From Perkinsela sp. CCAP 1560/9 (Eukaryota > Protista > Euglenozoa: Kinetoplastea), in assembly GCA_965644495.1 (NCBI GenBank), contig CBFFSA010000021.1, positions 62,001-126,000 of the forward strand: a stretch of 64,000 nt of DNA, in the 5' to 3' direction. The first letter of the stretch is position 1; each line of letters opens with the position of its first letter. Below, piece after piece: positions 56,621-64,000 of this stretch. Made by a program: the position numbers and the translations under genes. The notes under the pieces were generated by a model, which worked only from the letters and a program-made list of their open reading frames with translations, made no database searches and had not been told where the DNA came from.

Positions 56621-56823
56621 CTGTCCCCCCCCTTTAAGCGCACCCGGTCAGACCCCCCCGTTTAAGCGCACCCGGTCAGACCCCCCCGTTTAAGCGCACA
56701 TAGAGTTGAAGGAAAGAGCCCGGCGCCGCGAAGCGGCGCCAATTTTTTTTTTTATGTAGTGATTCAGACCCCCTTAAGCGCGCTTTTCGCGGAAAGCGAG
56801 GTGCGCTTAAACGGGGGGGACAT
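56621..56823. mobile_element. MITE, TA-flanked
   Basis: CTGTCCCCCCCCTTTAAGCGCACC ... GGTGCGCTTAAACGGGGGGGACA, with internal tandem copies of the end motif. Confidence 0.75.
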
Positions 56824-57389
56824 TAAATATAGATTATAACAAAAATGAAAATTTATATTTATATTTATAATAATTAATGAGAGAGGGTAGGTGGAAGGAG
56901 GGTGATATACAACACTTTAGATGATAGGATGAACCAATTTGTTTCGCTGTAAGGATAGATTGCGGGTAAGCGAGGATGATAATTATGAGATGTTAACTAT
57001 AAATATTTGATTAAGCGCCCATAGAGTAATGAAGGGAGGGCTAATGTACAAAAGGCAGATCTGTACTTTCTGGAGAAAATTCTTCCTGTCCCTTCGTCTC
57101 CATAAGCGTGATTATGCGCTGATTTCTACGAATTTCTCCGTGATCAGCGATGCGCTGCGGGGAAAACAACGGGCCAAGCCCGTTGTCCGAAGTGCGGTCC
57201 AAACGTTTCGGGGATATAGAAATAATGTACTTGAGAAAAACTTAAAAGGATATGACTCTGAACAAAATTATAAATTTTTGCAGAAATATAAATGCTTGCA
57301 AAAAAAAAACCAAAGGTCATTTATAAAAATTAATGAGAGGGGGAGTAGTAAAGTATGCGAAGAATTTTGGAATTTTTTTTCGCAAAACG

Positions 57390-57596
57390 TTTTGCAAAAG
57401 TTTCGCGTTGTATGCCCCCCCCATGGACCCCCCCATGGACCCCCCAATTTTTTTTTTTTCAGATTTGGACCACCCGGGCCCGTTTTATATTTTTTTCTTC
57501 TATTATATTGCTGTGTTCCTCTTTATAAATTTTCACTGGTTTGGTTCACTTTTTTTTCAGTAATTGAGGGTAGAGCGGTAGTTATACAACCACCAC
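57390..57596. mobile_element. Foldback-family right-end fragment
   Basis: GAGGGTAGAGCGGTAGTTATACAACCACC with the upstream family sequence. Confidence 0.7.
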
Positions 57597-57841
57597 CAGG
57601 TACACTGCGAAGGTGACAGTCTGTTCTACTAGGCAGCCGTATTCTGTCGATTTTAAAAAATTGAAATAAACTTTTTTAAAGTTTTATCGAAAAATTATGT
57701 AAATAAATTACCATGTGTATAGTAACTTTGCTGTATAGTAACTTTATTCGCAAAAGAAATAAAGTACTTTATTAAAGTTTCCGCGAACCCTGGATAAGAT
57801 TACTGATACTTGTTTTTTGATGCTTTCTATACTTTGTATGT

Positions 57842-59890
57842 ATGATAACGTTGAAAAATAGAATTAAAGAATATGGCGTTTTATTGAGTGGGTTTTCCGA
57901 AACCTCCTATTACACGGCCGGGTGCATCCTTCATTATCGATCCCGAGGATTTCGTGTGAAGAGATGGAGTGAAATAGTCTTCACTGATATTCAGATTCGG
58001 AATCGACTCATGTTGCTCTTTCTTTTATCGGACCTTCCTCAACGGAAGTTGGATCTTGCCGATTTAGTCAAGCATCCTGAACAGGAGCACCATCAGAATC
58101 TTCTACACAGTATTTCCCGAGGCTACGAGACTACGTTCCTTCCAATACAATTGACGAATAGGAACCTAAGTAAAATTGATAATTGGAACGAGTATTGCTT
58201 AGGTCGCTCTTATCTAAATTTCGCTACGCCGAATGAAAGACAACAGCAAAATGCTTTGCAACGTAAAAAAAGTACACATTCTCAACTGCCTTTAAGTGTG
58301 AGAGTGGTTGCCCTCTTGGTTTTAACTCCCGACGCATGCCCTATCCTATCACATGTATTTCTAGGGGATGCTGATTCGCAAGTTGGTATAGAAAGTTGTT
58401 TGCCTCTAAAAGCAATTCAATACAGAACACTTATTCCTGCATTGAAGCATTTAGAAATGCAGTGGAAAGCTAATGAAATCGTCATACGAAAAATTGCCTT
58501 GAGAAACATAGAAAATTCTGTAATTCGAATAACACATTCGAATTCTCTACAATCTGAGATACTGCAAATAGTACATAATGTCGCGAGCACGTGTACACGT
58601 ACTTTCCAAGGCCAGACCAGGTTACCCACAATGGACGAGAGGACAGACATATATTTTATGGTTCGCGCGATGTCAATGTTATCCCTTCATCGATTACTGT
58701 ATCCGAATGAAACATCGCCATCATTAACATCAGACACTCTTGAGGAAGTACTATGTGCGTGCGCTACGCATTTGTATGAGTGCGAATCGCTGGGCTTGTA
58801 TGACAAATCAATGTTCAGCCTGACAATTCACATTTTTGAGGCACTTATGATTCTTCGTCGTGCAATCATTGCCTTAAGCAAAACTGATTCGCTCACAGAG
58901 CGGGAAAGTTTTTTGATAAAACGAATTAGCGAAGTAATAACAAAGAAAATAACAGATTTACAAAAAGAGTTTAATTCAGGAGATCCCACTCTGGAAGAGT
59001 GCGTTGAATACTCACAATATGTCAACATTTGCTTTTCGGAAGGTTCGCCAAAATTATCAAAAATAGCACTCATAATTTTCGATAGACTGCGTTTGACATA
59101 CAAATCTGCGCAGCTTCGAGTCAAAGAGAGAGAACTAAACACGGAGAAGAAAGACCCCAATAAGGACAATTTTATCGAATTCGTGAAGTTGCATGGGCTC
59201 ATACTCCACGTCTATTACCAACGAATCTTGCTGGATGCTTTCGAGGAGACCGGGTGCACCAAGTATCTGGATGAAGCCTTGACTCTAGGCAATGTAATCG
59301 ACGATGTCTTTTTCTTCACAGCAGCCTCTGTGAAAAAATTTCTTCCCAACATCCGTGCTAAGGGATACTATTGCGATCTCGCAGTCCGTGAAAGAATGTT
59401 TTTTCCCGTAGTACAGCACTGCGATGATATAAATCAGCCGTGTGCAGTTGCCGTATTACTTCAGAATTTGCACCGTTTGAATCACATGCGCCATCCACTA
59501 AAATCTGAATACCGTGCGAAATTAAACACCTCCTTATCACATATAGTACCCATAATAAAAAAGAATCCTGAAAAATATTTGCAGCTCATTCACTGTGCGT
59601 TGCTTTGTTCGAAGAGTCCTTTCCTTGTAATTGTTGCAAATAAAGGCAATACCCACGAAGGACTTCGGAATATTATTGATGCTATTCCCACAAACAGATT
59701 GTCCATCATAATACGTAATACGAATCCGTCACACCCTGATTTTCTTCACCCATTCGCAATGCATCCCGTTTTTCGAAATATCACCATGTCTTCTTCAAAC
59801 TTTGTTGTGTGTATTGGCGATACCGCTGTAGCCCACTGCGATTCAATATCTGAACTGGAGGATGCGTTGCGAAAAGAGCGCAACATGTAA
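57842..59890 (+). CDS. Divergent SPATA20/YyaL-like alpha-barrel protein
   Basis: LLDAFEETG..KYLDEA..L....F...GYY ... DD..QP..AV..QNL.RL and a C-terminal VVC....C.....L..AL. Confidence 0.6.
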   Translation: MITLKNRIKEYGVLLSGFSETSYYTAGCILHYRSRGFRVKRWSEIVFTDIQIRNRLMLLFLLSDLPQRKLDLADLVKHPEQEHHQNLLHSISRGYETTFLPIQLTNRNLSKIDNWNEYCLGRSYLNFATPNERQQQNALQRKKSTHSQLPLSVRVVALLVLTPDACPILSHVFLGDADSQVGIESCLPLKAIQYRTLIPALKHLEMQWKANEIVIRKIALRNIENSVIRITHSNSLQSEILQIVHNVASTCTRTFQGQTRLPTMDERTDIYFMVRAMSMLSLHRLLYPNETSPSLTSDTLEEVLCACATHLYECESLGLYDKSMFSLTIHIFEALMILRRAIIALSKTDSLTERESFLIKRISEVITKKITDLQKEFNSGDPTLEECVEYSQYVNICFSEGSPKLSKIALIIFDRLRLTYKSAQLRVKERELNTEKKDPNKDNFIEFVKLHGLILHVYYQRILLDAFEETGCTKYLDEALTLGNVIDDVFFFTAASVKKFLPNIRAKGYYCDLAVRERMFFPVVQHCDDINQPCAVAVLLQNLHRLNHMRHPLKSEYRAKLNTSLSHIVPIIKKNPEKYLQLIHCALLCSKSPFLVIVANKGNTHEGLRNIIDAIPTNRLSIIIRNTNPSHPDFLHPFAMHPVFRNITMSSSNFVVCIGDTAVAHCDSISELEDALRKERNM

Positions 59891-60272
59891 TTTCCAATTT
59901 GACCTAACGTTTACATACCAGAAGGAGTAGCGTTATTTTTACACATGATTCTTCTCTACTAGAAAAATATCGTGAAACGGAGCTTTCCTGTGCCAACCAA
60001 AACATTCTAAACGTACTCCATTAAACGTACTCCATTCGGACGCCACATTAACTCCCTAATCCCCTCGACATTATCGTAAGAGATCCACGTATTGCGGACC
60101 GGACAAGAAATTCGAGAGTTCACTTGCCATCCTCTTTCCATACGACAACTGTTTAATATGAATCTCCTTTCTACTTCTCTGTAGAAGTGGTATGGCTAGA
60201 ATTCCATTATCAAACATTTGTAATCTCAAACATTAACTTTAGAAAGGTATACTATATCTTTAGCGGGTCTTA

Positions 60273-61778
60273 ATGGAGCCTGATGAGGCGCGTGCCATAG
60301 AGCATCTTCGTCGTCTGTTATGCAGTACCGAGCAACAGGATAATTTGATATTTTTAGACAACAGCGCTTTAGAAAATCAGAGGTTGATTGCCCAACAGTT
60401 AATTAGATACCCGTCCCTGTTAGAGTGGGAAAAAATATGTTCGCTGTACCAACTTACTCAGAATAAAGATTCATGTTCTCCAGCGCTGGAGAAAGTCGCT
60501 CCATTTGATTCAATGATACGTGAGCGGACTGCAGGAGTAGAAAAAGATTGTAACTGGAAAGTGGGAATACATCTTGTTCAAGAAGGTCGTTCGGCTGTAT
60601 GCATACTCGCTGGAGGTATGGGAACACGATTAGGATCCAACATGCCTAAGGGCATGTTACCATTATCCGGACTTTTGTCACATGACTCAGTATTCGCTTT
60701 CATAATGAAGAAAATACGCCGTGTAAAACATCTTGCCGATGCTTCGACCACTCCACTTCCCGTTCTTATAATGACAAGCGACGCGACTCACGACCTGACA
60801 AAACATTTTTTTGAAGTTCATAACTTTTTTGACCTCAATCCGGACCATATTCATTTTGTAGAGCAGTCTATGCTACCGTGCTTCACCATTAAAAATGGCA
60901 CACCTCAGTACGTATTCGATACCTCATCGATAGCCATGTCACCCTGTGGTAATGGTGATCTCTACGCGACACTGGCTCGCTCTGGAATGCTGTGCAAGCT
61001 TAAGGAGGAGTACAACACGGAGTATCTCCATATTTTAAATGTAGACAACCCACTCGCTCGGGTAGCCGATCCCTATCTCTCCGGCTACATGAAGGCAAAT
61101 AACTTAGACTTCGCGGCCAAGTATGTGGGCCGTGAAGACCCCAGTGAGTCCGTGGGTGTGTTTGTGGTAAGTCGAAGGCGAGATTGTGAAAAAGGGGTTT
61201 CTGCGGCTCCCGATGAATACTCAATATGGAAATGTCATGTTGCTGAATATACGGAGCTTGATAAGGCCAGTCAACAGAAACGGAAACCCAACGGAGAGTT
61301 TTATTATTTGTGCGCGAATATTGGCATGTATTGTGTAAGCATGAAACTGGTTCTTTCCCTTTGCGGTGATTCCTTAGGACGTCCTTCTGTAAATTTGCCC
61401 ATGCATTTAGCTACGAAGAGACACCCTACTCAGCGGAGTGAAACAGGTTTTGTGAACATCGTTAAATTAGAGTCGTATGTATTTGATATCATTTCTTATG
61501 CGAAGCACGTTGGACTTCTAAACGTCGAACGCTGTGAAGAATTTAGTCCAGTGAAGTGCGCGGATTCGACTAACACGATTGAATGTAACACACCCAGAAG
61601 GGCTGCAGAGGACATCATGTCCCTTCACGAAAGCTGGTTGAGAGCGGTCGGAGCCATTATTATACCCAATAATGATGGTATTTATCGAGTTGAAATCTCA
61701 CCTTTGATAAGCTACGACGGCGAGGGGCTAGAAAAATACAAAGGCAGACAAATTAGTTCTCCTTGTTATTTGAATTAA
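60273..61778 (+). CDS. UAP1: UDP-N-acetylglucosamine pyrophosphorylase
   Basis: LAGGMGTRLG..PKG, IMTS, P.GNG, VDNPL..VADP, EYTE, KLE.YVFD, EEFSPVK and EISPLISYDGEGLE. Confidence 0.96.
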   Translation: MEPDEARAIEHLRRLLCSTEQQDNLIFLDNSALENQRLIAQQLIRYPSLLEWEKICSLYQLTQNKDSCSPALEKVAPFDSMIRERTAGVEKDCNWKVGIHLVQEGRSAVCILAGGMGTRLGSNMPKGMLPLSGLLSHDSVFAFIMKKIRRVKHLADASTTPLPVLIMTSDATHDLTKHFFEVHNFFDLNPDHIHFVEQSMLPCFTIKNGTPQYVFDTSSIAMSPCGNGDLYATLARSGMLCKLKEEYNTEYLHILNVDNPLARVADPYLSGYMKANNLDFAAKYVGREDPSESVGVFVVSRRRDCEKGVSAAPDEYSIWKCHVAEYTELDKASQQKRKPNGEFYYLCANIGMYCVSMKLVLSLCGDSLGRPSVNLPMHLATKRHPTQRSETGFVNIVKLESYVFDIISYAKHVGLLNVERCEEFSPVKCADSTNTIECNTPRRAAEDIMSLHESWLRAVGAIIIPNNDGIYRVEISPLISYDGEGLEKYKGRQISSPCYLN

Positions 61779-62250
61779 GAATTCCTTTATTCGCTGCTAG
61801 ATGTTCGGGTACGTATCTACTTCGTTGACGGGTCAAGCAAATGGCATCCACTTCGTTGACAGTCGGATTTACTTTCAGTAATGCTCTTTTTTGGGGAAAA
61901 AGTCCCTTTTCACCCTTTTTATTCTACTGTAGCATTGAAATCACATCAACGAATCTTGAATTGTATTCCAATCTTCACTCTCCTTCAAAGTCATGTTATA
62001 TGTCTTAGTAGTCTTCATCCCTCTCTACTTCATCTTTTTCCACTTCATCTCTTACAGACATTAGCGCCAACATTTAGCGCCAAGTGGCAGGACTCGTGGT
62101 AGCCAAGTGGCATTCGTACTCCCTCCTTTGTAACAAACCTATATAAACCTATACCTTACTTATACCTTTCGTGCTATGATTCACGACTCGATGTTTTCAT
62201 AGTTCGATTTGTTTTTATAGATTTGAGAAATTTTATCGTTGGAAAAGAGC

Positions 62251-64000
62251 ATGCCTTCGAAAAGGAAAGTGTCAACGCCGAAGGCGAAAAGCATAGGTGC
62301 GAAGAAAGAAATGAGCCCCGAAAAACGATCAACGAAGGCACGAGCAAAGAAAACGACACAGCCTAACAATGATGTGGAAGCAAAAAAGGAAACCCGAAAG
62401 CGGACAAGTCCGCAACCAGAGTCTAGTAACGTGGAACCAAGAGAAAAACCGACAAAAAAGAAAGAGCCCCATAAGAGCGGATCAAAATCACACACAGAGA
62501 AAGATGGGTGTTCCAACACAGACGAAGACGTACGATCTATTGTCGTGAGTGCGTTTCAAAAAGCTCAACGCACTTCGGGATCTCATAACGCTCAGCGGAA
62601 AGTGTGTATGAAACTTCGCGCCTCCCTCTCTCACTCCGGCCTACTTACGCACACCATGTCTTCCTTCCTACTTCGGCTCTACACGGAGGTCTCCTCCTTA
62701 CCCACAGACGCTATGAATCGACTGATGAGTTTCCTACGTGACTATGTGCTGGAATGTCACCGTGAAGACAAAAACGACAACGAGGGGGTGGCTCTAATTG
62801 AGTTCTTCCTGCCCTATGAGAACGCGATGGAGAAACACACACGGCTACGTGTGCTTCACACGCTCCACACCCTTCTGGAGACCCTGGACTATCGCCAGTC
62901 CCGTCACGCGCTCTATGACACTCTCGTTGATATCCTGAGGCGTAGGATCCATGATAAGGCCCCCGCAGTGGCTGAGCGGGCGGTAAAAACTTGTGCATGT
63001 TTTATTTCCCAGGAGGATGTGGTACAGCATCTATTGGGAGTGCTGTGCTCCCATGAGAGCTCGGCGGTACGCGCTGCAGCCGTCGCGGCGCTCACCCAAC
63101 ACCCTCCGAATGACACAGCGGTGGTACCGCACGTGCTGCGCTGTGTGCGGGACGTAAGCGCTGTGGTGCGTCGTGAGGCATGGGAGGGGCTGGGGCGGCT
63201 GAAATGGAACCGATTTGTGGCGTACTCCGGGGACCAGGTACTGTTTTATCTCCACCATGGACTGCAAGAGACCTCCACGGCGCTGCGTACTGCGGTAGCG
63301 ACCACCGTGCTCTCCTCCTGGACTACTCGGGATAACCACAATGATATTGATGCTATGCTCGCCCCGATGGATCTGTCGAATTACACTCACGTGGACACGG
63401 TGGTGGGTCGGCTGCTGGCGCATGTCGCACGGATTGAGCCCAGCTGCGGACGTGTGCCTTTGCGGTTGACAAAACTCACCACACAAAACACGCTGTTGTG
63501 GCGATTGTCGGTGGATAGCTGGAATGAGGCCCCCAGGGTTAAGGAGACCGCGTCCGAGAGCACGACAAAGAGTACCGGCGAGGTGTACGACATGAAGATT
63601 GGTGATTACATTTCTCTTTTGCATGGTATTGCGATTCAAATCCATGATCCGAGCAAGGAGTGTGTGGCGGGGGACGTTCCCATCCATATACTGGACTTTG
63701 AAAACCAAAGCCTCTCCATTGTTCGAGAGTTACTTTTAACACTTCCATTATTTGAAAGCCGTGGGCTTTTACAAACTGCTACGGATAAGGATCGCTCGAA
63801 GTTACGCACAACGTTTGCTTTACTGTTCACAGCTGCCGTGGAAGACGACGCTCGAATTCTAGTAAAGGAGTGCATGCATTCCGCTCCACTGGTGATGCAG
63901 CAGGATGACTTAGTGGCGCTGCTAACACATAGTTTAGAGCGATTGTACAGTCACCTGGGCGTCGTGTCCCGAAACCGAATCTGTCTGGACGACGTAGAAG
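62251..64000 (+). CDS. NCAPG: Condensin I subunit CAP-G (Ycg1/Cnd3), partial (runs off the window)
   Basis: Open frame from ATG 62251, absent from the ORF track because there is no stop. IVVSAFQKAQRTSGSH, and HEAT repeats RRIHDKAPAV..RAV, SAVRAAAV and RCVRDVSAVVRREAW. Confidence 0.8.
   Translation, partial: MPSKRKVSTPKAKSIGAKKEMSPEKRSTKARAKKTTQPNNDVEAKKETRKRTSPQPESSNVEPREKPTKKKEPHKSGSKSHTEKDGCSNTDEDVRSIVVSAFQKAQRTSGSHNAQRKVCMKLRASLSHSGLLTHTMSSFLLRLYTEVSSLPTDAMNRLMSFLRDYVLECHREDKNDNEGVALIEFFLPYENAMEKHTRLRVLHTLHTLLETLDYRQSRHALYDTLVDILRRRIHDKAPAVAERAVKTCACFISQEDVVQHLLGVLCSHESSAVRAAAVAALTQHPPNDTAVVPHVLRCVRDVSAVVRREAWEGLGRLKWNRFVAYSGDQVLFYLHHGLQETSTALRTAVATTVLSSWTTRDNHNDIDAMLAPMDLSNYTHVDTVVGRLLAHVARIEPSCGRVPLRLTKLTTQNTLLWRLSVDSWNEAPRVKETASESTTKSTGEVYDMKIGDYISLLHGIAIQIHDPSKECVAGDVPIHILDFENQSLSIVRELLLTLPLFESRGLLQTATDKDRSKLRTTFALLFTAAVEDDARILVKECMHSAPLVMQQDDLVALLTHSLERLYSHLGVVSRNRICLDDVE

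Overview
Eukaryotic, kinetoplastid-like DNA. About 18 host genes appear intronless and all lie on the + strand, like one polycistronic unit. They include a LOTUS-domain protein, an EDR1-domain kinase, DPH3, two LRR proteins of a Perkinsela-like family, RPB10, an inactive rhomboid, eIF3e, a nucleoplasmin-like protein, NAA10, TTC27, a PIWI/Argonaute, a SPATA20-like protein, UAP1 and condensin CAP-G (runs off the window). The gaps between genes are filled with nested mobile DNA. This comprises a split-direct-repeat (TATE/VIPER-like) retroelement carrying only RT-RNase H and interrupted by a Merlin element, Tc1 and pogo elements, an intact hAT inserted into an ISL2EU/Harbinger-like element, several TA-MITEs, and a multi-copy foldback family built from hairpin modules and C-run arrays. 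The most notable observations are: (1) an Argonaute with an intact DEDH tetrad and an apparent OB-fold inserted into its L1 linker; (2) repeated sharp C/A-rich to G/T-rich strand-skew switches inside conserved coding sequences; (3) a broad cut-and-paste transposon repertoire in a kinetoplastid-like genome; (4) an unexplained structured GC-rich island with a tRNA-like mini-domain. All family calls and the taxonomic call come from motif recognition by eye, with no database searches.
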